From the IMG/VR virus record IMGVR_UViG_3300034523_000291, positions 1 through 57,545 of that record: a stretch of DNA of 57,545 nucleotides, one strand, 5' to 3'. Positions 9,507 to 17,423 of this stretch are shown piece by piece. This stretch comes from a virus. Lineage: Duplodnaviria > Caudoviricetes. The stretch's first letter is position 1; the number at the start of each line of letters is the position of its first letter. A program made the translations under genes and the position numbers. Below the pieces are notes generated by a model that saw only the letters and a list, made by a program, of their open reading frames with translations, made no database searches and had not been told where the DNA came from.

Positions 9507-9977
9507 CTATGCGGCGCATGAATCGACCTCCACCTGGCGCCAGGCGCCGACCGAAGTCAGCAAGGATGACAGTTGCGCCTCGGTTACCGTCTTTTCGCCA
9601 GGCACTGCCAGCCACCCCATACCTACTCGGTGATTCGGGTTGCAGTCGGCCTTCACTTCTTCATAGAAGTGCTCAAGGACGTCCGAAAGCCTTTCCACCA
9701 GGTGCACGCCGTCAGGTCTGATGTCGATCGATTTCATGTACTGGGCGCCATCTTGGCGAACACAGATGCTGGCGATGTATATCGTCCAGCGGTGTGCAAC
9801 ATCGCAGAGCGCGTCGGAAACCGTTCTCGAAAGAATCTGCTTTCCGTTCTTCCAGTTGATCATCACCTGCAGGCCGCTTGGATCGATGTTGATGACGGCA
9901 GCATGGTTGGTGTTGATCAGGGCCCGCATGCTGCGTTCGATCTGAACGCGCCGATTGCACGGCTTGCGCTTGCTCAT
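9507..9977 (-). CDS. Hypothetical phage protein
   Basis: ATGA coupling to upstream gene. Confidence 0.75.
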   Translation of the reverse strand: MSKRKPCNRRVQIERSMRALINTNHAAVINIDPSGLQVMINWKNGKQILSRTVSDALCDVAHRWTIYIASICVRQDGAQYMKSIDIRPDGVHLVERLSDVLEHFYEEVKADCNPNHRVGMGWLAVPGEKTVTEAQLSSLLTSVGAWRQVEVDSCAA

Positions 9978-10219
9978 AAAGCCTCCGCGAGTTTGCGCAG
10001 CGCCTTACGTTCTGCCGCTGTGATAGGCGGCTTGCGGCGCTTGAGGATGGTTTCGGGATCGATCTTGGTGGAGCGCTTCGGCGGTGGAGGGTTAATCGCC
10101 GGGCTTTCACCCAGGTAGATCGTTCCGCCAGCCGCCAGAAACTGCGCCGTGCGCTCCGATATTGACTCGGCGTGCTGACGCTGCTGCTCAACCAGGTTGA
10201 GGTGATTGCTGACGTACAT
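9974..10219 (-). CDS. Hypothetical phage protein
   Basis: FLAAGGTI motif; SD GAGG. Confidence 0.7.
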   Translation of the reverse strand: MYVSNHLNLVEQQRQHAESISERTAQFLAAGGTIYLGESPAINPPPPKRSTKIDPETILKRRKPPITAAERKALRKLAEAL

Positions 10220-10226
10220 GCCGACC

Positions 10227-10790
10227 TCACTTGATCCGGATCGAACTGTCGCCGCGCTCCAAGTGAGCCCAGGTAGGTTCGGGTAAAAGTTCGTGTTCAG
10301 CGTCTTCACCGGCTGCCATGCGCTTGCGCACCGCTTCGTTATGCTCGCGTATCTCCTTGAGCTTGGCGGCAATGGCCTTTTTATCCGGAGCAATGCTCGA
10401 CTTCACAGTGGTCAGTTCGTCCGGCACTGCATCTTCGTTGTCCACGATCACCCGCTCGCTGCCCATGGCCAGCGTGATGGTGAAGAGCGGACGCTTGATC
10501 GACTTGATGTTTGCGGCTTCCATGTTGCGGCGCAGGTAGTCGCCGATCTGCGACACGCTGTTGGACTTGATCCGCTTGAGTTCAGCCAGGCGCTCGATTT
10601 CGTTGTCGATAGCCGTCACGTCGCTTTCAATGTTCCGGCGCAACTTGACGATCTTGTCAGCCTTATCGTTGAAGTCGCCTTGCACTTCGTCCATGGCGTG
10701 CTGCAGGGCCTCTTTCAGGCCCTCATCATCGGTATCGGCCATGGCCTGAAGTTCGGCGAGTTTGCCGGTGAGTGCGTAGAGTTGGGTCAT
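10227..10790 (-). CDS. Siphovirus Gp157 family protein
   Basis: MTQLYALT..IDNEIERL..PDKKAI..IRIK pattern; next to annealase. Confidence 0.85.
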   Translation of the reverse strand: MTQLYALTGKLAELQAMADTDDEGLKEALQHAMDEVQGDFNDKADKIVKLRRNIESDVTAIDNEIERLAELKRIKSNSVSQIGDYLRRNMEAANIKSIKRPLFTITLAMGSERVIVDNEDAVPDELTTVKSSIAPDKKAIAAKLKEIREHNEAVRKRMAAGEDAEHELLPEPTWAHLERGDSSIRIK

Positions 10791-11530
10791 GCTGCGGCCT
10801 CCGTGCCTTTTTCAAGCACAGCTTTGCGCTCCTCGAATGCTCGAGTGATTCGCGCGATGAAGGTGGGTTCGTTGCGACGAGTTGCCTCGCGGATGTATTT
10901 CACGTTCAGAAGCTTGAGTTCGTGAGTCGTGACGGCCTTGCCAATGGTTTCGACCGCTGAGGCAAGCCAGTCGACACGCTCTTGTTTTTGGCGAAGTATC
11001 TCGGCGTCCTTGTCCTCGGCTTTTTCAAGCTTGAACTCTTCGGTGATGGTGTCGACGTAGGTCGGATCGTCGAACATGCCCATGTAGATGTCGGCGGCGA
11101 ACCCCAACGGCTGCAGGCATTTACCGATGGCGTCCGTCAGCGATTTTTTCGCTGCGTCCCAGTCAGTAAGAATCTTTCCCTGCTGCAGGTAGATAAATGG
11201 CGTATGGCCGTAGTGCTGAACCGTGCATTTTTGCCCGGCGTTGCCCAGGTACCAAAGCTCGATTTTTACGGTGTGCAGCTTCGCGCAGATCATTGGAGCC
11301 TCTGGCCACTCTTTAGTGGGCGCCTGAAGCGGTGCACCTTCGTCAAATCGATCCTCAAGGACATTCCAACCCCAACCCTCACCGCATGGTCCGAAAATCT
11401 CTGTTGCCTTGCGCATGAGGTAGGTTGGCCTGATCGCAGTGCCCTTAAAGCCACCCGCGCCAGTGTATTTTTTAGTAGCGTCAGGGTCGGTTGTGTTGAC
11501 CTGGTCCCAAATTCTCGTGTTCTCGGACAT
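10787..11530 (-). CDS. Sak/Rad52-like single-strand annealing protein
   Basis: ATEIFGPCGEGWG and KKSLTDAIGKCL..LGFAADIY motifs. Confidence 0.7.
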   Translation of the reverse strand: MSENTRIWDQVNTTDPDATKKYTGAGGFKGTAIRPTYLMRKATEIFGPCGEGWGWNVLEDRFDEGAPLQAPTKEWPEAPMICAKLHTVKIELWYLGNAGQKCTVQHYGHTPFIYLQQGKILTDWDAAKKSLTDAIGKCLQPLGFAADIYMGMFDDPTYVDTITEEFKLEKAEDKDAEILRQKQERVDWLASAVETIGKAVTTHELKLLNVKYIREATRRNEPTFIARITRAFEERKAVLEKGTEAAA

Positions 11531-12624
11531 TACTTATTCCTCCAGCCGTCAGCGCGCTTGACCAGTTCCTTGAAGGCAGTCGACGGCAGCCTGCTCATGT
11601 ATTTTTTGTTGTCGCGATACCATTCTTCCAGGGCGGTTTTGGGCGTCTGGATGGCAACGACGTGGGAGACCTGTTGCTTGTACGAAGTCGAGTTTGAAAC
11701 CTGAGAGTGGAAGGTCCGGCTCACCACTACGGTGTTGGTCATTCCCTGCTTGACCAGGTTGTTCAGTTCTTCCTGGGATTGAACGGCAATGGCACCGGGG
11801 TGCTTCTGCTGGAACAACCGGTAGCAGGCCTCCCGTACAAGCTCGGTACTGCCGTACTCGACATATTCAACGTCAGGAATACCAGCCTCGATCTTCTCCG
11901 CCACCTCATCCAAGCGCCCGGTGTCAATCCACGCGTTTTTCGACACCTGTTTCAAATCCCATCCGCTAACCGTTTGGCGGTCTCGCTCAAGCTGCAGATG
12001 CTCGGGGAGAATGTCATAGCCGTAGGTCAGATCGGTGTCGCATACGAAGAGGGTGCCGACGTACAGCTTGCCGGGCCGGGATGGCAGGATATGGCCGTAT
12101 TTGGTACCGATGACGTCGCTCATCGGCGGCTGCATACGCAGGCACATGTTCCGGATTTCCGTTTCGTCTTCCTCGGAGAGGCCGGAGACAACGAACTCAA
12201 CGCCCTGATTCTGCCTATGTGCCGGCGTCTCGTTGATGCACAGCACCTCCGCGTCGAACTGGTCGCTATGCCGGAACTCAGGCACCCACTGCTTATTGCC
12301 ATTCCAGACCTTCACGTCGTACCCGTTCCGGGTCAGTACCAACAGGGCGATTTTGTAGCCCTCGCCGAAGCTGCCGATGGCATCGGGGCGGTCGGACTTA
12401 GACGTGCTGCCTAGAACCAGGGTGCTGGCCTCCAGCCTTGCAAAGCGGCTGGTGATGAACAGCTGGCCGTTGGCGAAGGCGTATTCGAAAGGCGACTCGC
12501 TATCCAGCGCGTTCTGCACCAACTCCCGGATGGCTTCTTTCAGGCCCCAATGGCGGACGTAATCGCGGGACAGGGGAAGTTCGTAGGACTTGGACCGGAT
12601 GCGATCTGCAATAGCTGCGAGCAT
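11530..12624 (-). CDS. GHKL (HATPase-fold) ATPase
   Basis: AIRELVQNALD (N box), IGSFGEGYK (G2 box). Confidence 0.8.
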   Translation of the reverse strand: MLAAIADRIRSKSYELPLSRDYVRHWGLKEAIRELVQNALDSESPFEYAFANGQLFITSRFARLEASTLVLGSTSKSDRPDAIGSFGEGYKIALLVLTRNGYDVKVWNGNKQWVPEFRHSDQFDAEVLCINETPAHRQNQGVEFVVSGLSEEDETEIRNMCLRMQPPMSDVIGTKYGHILPSRPGKLYVGTLFVCDTDLTYGYDILPEHLQLERDRQTVSGWDLKQVSKNAWIDTGRLDEVAEKIEAGIPDVEYVEYGSTELVREACYRLFQQKHPGAIAVQSQEELNNLVKQGMTNTVVVSRTFHSQVSNSTSYKQQVSHVVAIQTPKTALEEWYRDNKKYMSRLPSTAFKELVKRADGWRNK

Positions 12625-12669
12625 GGCAATACTCCCGCGCCATCCTTGCGGGGCGCTGTGATGTGTTGG

Positions 12670-12786
12670 TTATTGAGTGATTCGATCAGCGAGGGCGCTG
12701 AGCAACATCAGAAAGGTGCAGACGGAGAGGGCAGAGAAGGAACCGCGCCAGATCAGCATGCGCCTGGTGCGCTGGTGGGGAGTCAA
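12670..12786 (-). CDS. Small membrane peptide (38 aa)
   Basis: TTG start overlapping upstream TGA; MTPHQRTRRMLIWRGSFSALSVCTFLMLLSALADRITQ. Confidence 0.5.
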   Translation of the reverse strand: MTPHQRTRRMLIWRGSFSALSVCTFLMLLSALADRITQ

Positions 12787-12977
12787 GGCCGAACCCTCAC
12801 CGCGATGCGACCACCCTTCAGGGTTGGCGCCAGGCGCTGTGGCAGATCCCGCACCAGGTCTTCACGCTTGCGGCCGATGAGCTCGTTGAAGGGAAGGCCG
12901 AAGCCCAGGATGGCAATGCGGCGCTCGATGTCGTCGAGCTGCTCGTCGATCAACGATTTAACCGGTGCCTTGGTCAT
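12783..12977 (-). CDS. Hypothetical phage protein
   Basis: Translationally coupled ORF. Confidence 0.65.
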   Translation of the reverse strand: MTKAPVKSLIDEQLDDIERRIAILGFGLPFNELIGRKREDLVRDLPQRLAPTLKGGRIAVRVRP

Positions 12978-13165
12978 GCAGCCTCCTTGCGGTGCCTGGT
13001 GATTTTCAGCAGGCGCTGGCAGTAGTGGTTGAATTCTTCGACGGTGATCGCGTCGCCGGTGAGCATGTTGGTGATCATCCGCACCACGAAGGCTTGGGCG
13101 CCGGGCTCACTGCTGGGATGCTCAAGTGCTTCAAGTGCCTCATCGATCAGGATGTGCGGACTCAT
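12974..13165 (-). CDS. Hypothetical phage protein
   Basis: Translationally coupled ORF. Confidence 0.65.
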   Translation of the reverse strand: MSPHILIDEALEALEHPSSEPGAQAFVVRMITNMLTGDAITVEEFNHYCQRLLKITRHRKEAA

Positions 13166-13599
13166 AGGTCGGCATCCACATCGTCTTCGCGCTCTTCCCG
13201 TTCTGCTGCTACTGCGTCTTCGGCATACGGTCTCAGCAGCGCTGCAGCGATCTTCTCGACCGCTTCAATAGGGCGTTGATGGCCCAGCAGGTCGGCTGCG
13301 TGTGCCCGAGCATCGCTCTGGCTGCCGAGCATCGCCGACAGCAGTAGGCGGGCAAACGAATCACGCTCGTCCAGGCCGTCGATCTGGCGCTGGTTCAGGT
13401 AGCCCTGCAGGGCCGTGCAGAACCGGTCGAACGTCACCACCTGCGGCTGGCCGTAGCGGCGCTTCCACTTGATGTCGACGCCGCACACCAGGCGCTCCGC
13501 CGAATGCTCAAGCCAGTCCGTCACCTCGTCGCTCTCGCTGACCTCTGGAGGCAACTGAGCGTCGTAACGCTCCTGGCAAATCTTCAATGCTGCGTTCAT
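13162..13599 (-). CDS. Hypothetical phage protein
   Basis: GGAGG SD before ATG at 13599. Confidence 0.7.
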   Translation of the reverse strand: MNAALKICQERYDAQLPPEVSESDEVTDWLEHSAERLVCGVDIKWKRRYGQPQVVTFDRFCTALQGYLNQRQIDGLDERDSFARLLLSAMLGSQSDARAHAADLLGHQRPIEAVEKIAAALLRPYAEDAVAAEREEREDDVDADL

Positions 13600-13827
13600 G
13601 GTCGCCTCCAAGGTGGCGGGTTGTTCACCTTTATTCGTCAACACTCATGCCTCCCGCTGGTTGCCGATGGGCGCGGGGGAGGAGTGCTGACGTAATAGAG
13701 GTGGGAAAGGGAGGACAGGTCATCCAACTTCGTTGAAGCTGCGCTTTTATTGCGGGGCAGTTGAGTGTACTGATAGGCTCAAAACAGCGATGTGCGAGAT
13801 CGCACCGCCAAATAGCGAGATTTTTGA

Positions 13828-14205
13828 ATGTTCAGATTTTTTCTAGCCACTATTTTTTCATTTGTTTTTCTCGGCGTAATTTCTGGTTGCTCTTCCACTG
13901 CCGAACAAGAAAAAACACTGAGCGCCGGGCTCGTTGCGCATTTGAATAAATTCAAGACGTACCCGATCGCCTCGCAACTGGCCGGGGTTGAAGGGACAAC
14001 CCAACTGCGCTTTACGATAGATGGCGACGGAAATGTCGTTTCTTATGAGCTGGTACAAAGTTCAGGCAATGTGGACTTGGACGCGGCCACTCTAGAATTA
14101 ATCCGTCGCGCCCAACCACTGCCGAAACCACCAGCCGATTTAATGAAAGACGGCCCAATTACGATCATTGCCCCTTTTATCTACTCCCTAGACGGGAATA
14201 TCTGA
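13828..14205 (+). CDS. Lipoprotein with a stand-alone TonB C-terminal domain
   Basis: Lipobox ISGC; YP..GVEGT..F.IDGDGNV..SSG..LDAA..PLPKPP. Confidence 0.85.
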   Translation: MFRFFLATIFSFVFLGVISGCSSTAEQEKTLSAGLVAHLNKFKTYPIASQLAGVEGTTQLRFTIDGDGNVVSYELVQSSGNVDLDAATLELIRRAQPLPKPPADLMKDGPITIIAPFIYSLDGNI

Positions 14206-14391
14206 GCAGGACTTGCAATCCGCCGCCGTCACTCGATGACCGTCTTCGCATTCAACGACGGAAACGCTGCTGGTGTAGCCACGTTCAGCGTTGAGCCTGT
14301 TTGTCTCGCTGATACAGGCGGCCAGGCTCTTGTCGGAAAATACCCGAAGTTCGCCGCGCAGGGTGATGTGGATGACTTTGTTCATGGTCAT
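14188..14391 (-). CDS. Hypothetical phage protein
   Basis: ORF after a hairpin linker with GGAG SD. Confidence 0.6.
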   Translation of the reverse strand: MTMNKVIHITLRGELRVFSDKSLAACISETNRLNAERGYTSSVSVVECEDGHRVTAADCKSCSDIPV

Positions 14392-14452
14392 GCTCCGGGT
14401 TGTTTTCCCAATGCCCACCGCTCTGGATGGGCATCAGTGAAAAGGTCCGCAC

Positions 14453-14584
14453 TCAAAAGAAAACGATGCAGCAAGGTCCGTCGTAGCCTTCTTCGCATAC
14501 AAATGCCTGGGCCTGCCCGGTAGACACCGTCCAGTCTTGAACGTAAATGGTGCCAGCGAAACGGCTTTTGATCATGATTTGCAT
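14453..14584 (-). CDS. Small protein (43 aa), first ORF of the pL operon
   Basis: GAGGA SD; MQIMIKSRFAGTIYVQDW..CCIVFF*; lies between two hairpin linkers. Confidence 0.5.
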   Translation of the reverse strand: MQIMIKSRFAGTIYVQDWTVSTGQAQAFVCEEGYDGPCCIVFF

Positions 14585-15262
14585 TTTCTTTTCCTCGTTT
14601 GATTTTCCGGATGACCCTGTCGCCAAGGTCATCGAGGAAATCTGTGGGGCCCAGGCCCGCTACTGGCGACGGCCTGGGGTTGTTGCGTCAGCGGTGTTGG
14701 CCAATTACCCGCTGCTGATTGCAGGGCTGGCCGGTCGTCTTCGGTGTGGGCTTCGAGCTTCCTACTCACAGCGTCAAACAGCATCTGTTCGCCGTGGATA
14801 ACAGGTCCTTACAACATGCACGCTACAGCTCTGAATGCCCTGACTGAATGGGGCAGGGTGCATGAGGTCCGGCGCGCCCAGCCGAAGCTATCGGGCCCGC
14901 TAATTTTTGAATCTGTTCTTGCTGCCGGTGTTACTCGCCACCGCCGGCTGGGCGATTACTTTTGATCGTGCGCCTTGATTACCACCTGGACTTAATCCAG
15001 TTCGCACCCGTTGTGTCACCTATCCGCGCCTTGCCAGTGCAAACCCCTCATCTTGGGATCTGGTAGGTGGCGGAATCAGTGCAACCCTCTGTTCGTATCT
15101 GCGTGGCCGGTCCGGAGTTTCGGTTGGCTGACGCGCTACGTGACTTTGAGCTGGCAGGGTTCTCCCTGCGATATCCAGTTCCAGAGCTGGCGTGGCATCG
15201 GCTGTTTGTTGCTCGCAGTTACCGGATCGGGTCCGGGGTAGTCGATGGCGAGGATCCTGAGC

Positions 15263-15274
15263 TTTTAAAGAGCG
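15263..15274 (-). promoter_or_regulatory. boxA antitermination element
   Basis: CGCTCTTTAAAA about 30 nt downstream of pL. Confidence 0.75.
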
Positions 15275-15308
15275 GTTCGCAGCGGCTGTGTGTTGCTGCG
15301 ATGAAGTG

Positions 15309-15350
15309 AATATAAGCCCGCTTATTTTATTCGTCAATAAGCAGGCTTAT
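15309..15350 (-). promoter_or_regulatory. pL promoter with two CI operators
   Basis: TTGACG-N17-TATATT on - strand; ATAAG-N4-CTTAT at 15312-15325 and 15337-15350. Confidence 0.85.
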
Positions 15351-15369
15351 ATATTTTCCTGCGGGCGAT

Positions 15370-15399
15370 AAAAAGCCCGCTCAGTGGCGGGCTCTTTTA
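15370..15399. terminator. Intrinsic terminator (likely bidirectional)
   Basis: AAAAAGCCCGC-loop-GCGGGCTCTTTT. Confidence 0.75.
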
Positions 15400-15648
15400 T
15401 GAGTCGCAGTACTCGTGCCAGCCGATTCTGACGGTGCCTCCATCCAAATGCTCAACCCTAATACCGGCCGTGTCACCGATCTCCTGGATTACCTGGTGCC
15501 AGGCTTCAGGGCTTTCATCGTCGCGCCTGGAGACCTCAACCAACTGAATCCGCTGTACCCGCGGAGAGGCGATCAACCGTTGCAGGCGATGGCCCACAAG
15601 TTCGTAGGAGTTTCTCGATTTTGGTGTGGGGTAGGGTGCCTGGATCAT
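15397..15648 (-). CDS. DUF1654-like protein
   Basis: SYELVGHRLQRLI.SPRVQ..W..V..EI..GI..DGGTVRIGW. Confidence 0.75.
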   Translation of the reverse strand: MIQAPYPTPKSRNSYELVGHRLQRLIASPRVQRIQLVEVSRRDDESPEAWHQVIQEIGDTAGIRVEHLDGGTVRIGWHEYCDS

Positions 15649-15667
15649 GCTTCGCTCCTTGCGAATG

Positions 15668-15683
15668 CTGTATTTGTGTACAG
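15668..15683. promoter_or_regulatory. LexA (SOS) box
   Basis: CTGTATTTGTGTACAG (CTG-N10-CAG) just upstream of the DUF1654 start. Confidence 0.8.
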
Positions 15684-15821
15684 TATTGGTGGTGACATAT
15701 CTTGGCAAGAGGGCGGCAGCAAGTTTCATGCACAAATGCATATTTCGCACGGCGGAGTCTTTTCGGCAGGCATGAAAAAGCCCGCGCGTAGCGGGCTGTG
15801 CTTGAATGCATGGAGCCAAAG

Positions 15822-16647
15822 CTACTTGCCGGAAGAGGCCCACCGAGCCAGCGTCCAATAGGTTGACTGACCAATCCTTGGCTCCTTTGCGTACTCTGTA
15901 GGGCGCTTCAAGCCGACCTGCATAAGATCGTCTCGCACCTGCAGGACAGTCCAGCGAATATCCCTCGCCAAGTCCTTTTGGTGGAAACAATTTTCCCCCG
16001 AGGTTCTGTCAGCCCAGGCGGTGAATTCTGACTGGTTATAGTGAAAGAGGGATTGATTGAAATCGGTAGCGGAAACGCAGCCAAAAGCTGAGCCGTCTAA
16101 AATAACCAGGTCGTCGGCTGATGCACGAAAGGTACCGGGCGCGGCAATGTGTGAGGCTACATTCGCCACCGGGAGCAAACGGTACGCGATCGCACCGATA
16201 ATGATTGCCACGAGACCAGAGCACAGCGCTACGAACAGCGCATTATTGCCAGCTGCCGAAGCTGCTCCCGAAATTACTTCTACAGACTCCGTGACAGGAC
16301 TCTGACTTTCTTGGTTGATGGGCCCTGCGTTATCGTCAGGCAAAACATCGGCGCCGCAATGTTTGCACTTTATTGCTGCGCGCTTGATGGTCTCGGCGCA
16401 CATTGGGCAAATCCTGTCAGAAGAGGCGCCGATCTCAGAGGGCAGCTTTTGTTCTGTATTCGCCGAAACCGACCATACGAGCGCTGCCACCCATCCAAGT
16501 GCTGTCCAGCCTAGCAACAGGTTCATCAAAAAAAATCGAGTTGCCGTTGCGATGCTTGCGCTTTGCAGCCACGAAGGTGGGCGTGAAATATATGACGAAG
16601 GCAGCCATTAGAAGCACAAAGCCGGCCAGTGGACTTCCACTATCCAT
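15822..16647 (-). pseudogene. T4 Imm-like superinfection immunity protein fused to a zinc ribbon and C-terminal domain; frameshift in an 8-nt homopolymer (16528-16535)
   Basis: YFTPTFVAAKRKHRNGNSIF joins LMNLLLGWTALGWVAALVW if one T is removed; CPMC..CKHC follows. Confidence 0.8.
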
Positions 16648-16776
16648 ACCAAAAAACTAGTCCATTGAATTGAGTTAGCACTTTATCATTCGTGGCGTAC
16701 AGCCACCATTGGCGGCGTACGGATTCAGGTCGGGTAGGGGAGATACAAGAAGCCCGGCGCTGGACCGGGCTTTTGA

Positions 16777-16908
16777 TCAGGAGCAGGTCCCGCCCTTATG
16801 GTGCGATCCTGTTCCACCTGTTGGGTGAGTGCCTTTTGGACACGCCGAGGCAGAGAAGGAAGCTATCGAAAGCAGGGCTACCAAGCCAATTACAGCGAAT
16901 TTTTTCAT
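16777..16908 (-). CDS. 43-aa secreted peptide precursor (absent from ORF track)
   Basis: GGAGG SD; MKKFAVIGLVALLSIASFSASA-CPKGTHPTGGTGSHHKGGTCS*; hairpin follows the stop. Confidence 0.75.
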   Translation of the reverse strand: MKKFAVIGLVALLSIASFSASACPKGTHPTGGTGSHHKGGTCS

Positions 16909-16988
16909 AGAGCCTCCATGCACTGCGGAATGCAGTATCAGGGCATCGGCGTGTCGAGATATTGCTTGAGTGAAGAAATTCGGTGAAT

Positions 16989-17315
16989 TCAGAAGGACGA
17001 TGCAATCGCCTGAGCCAGTTGCATGTCGCTCATCAAAGGCGAGCTGTAGGTCGCCCTGTAGTACCTGGAGGCTTGCTCAAACTGAGCGCCGCGAATTTCG
17101 CCGTCTGATCCTATGAATGCAAGCGCATCAGTCTTTGCTGATTTGAGTGGTTTTTGCGAATCGTCCGACGTATAGCTCGGTAACGTCGTCAAAGCGGTTG
17201 GCAAGATTGATGTGTAGGTCATCACTTTATCGAACGGGGTGGCCTTTTCATTCGCCGTTACGTGGTTGCCGATCAGCACCATCGCAGCGATTGCCAGAGT
17301 CTTCCATGTGTCCAT
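16989..17315 (-). CDS. DUF2388-like secreted protein
   Basis: Signal peptide; AKTDALAFIGSDGEIRGAQFEQA..SDMQLAQAI. Confidence 0.75.
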   Translation of the reverse strand: MDTWKTLAIAAMVLIGNHVTANEKATPFDKVMTYTSILPTALTTLPSYTSDDSQKPLKSAKTDALAFIGSDGEIRGAQFEQASRYYRATYSSPLMSDMQLAQAIASSF

Positions 17316-17423
17316 TCTTCGATACTTCCATTGCGATCAGAGGGCGCCACCATAGCAAAGCAAGGGGCTTGCCAGAAACAAGAGGCCCGGCGCTGGGCCG
17401 GGCTTAACCTATTCCGGGCTTTA

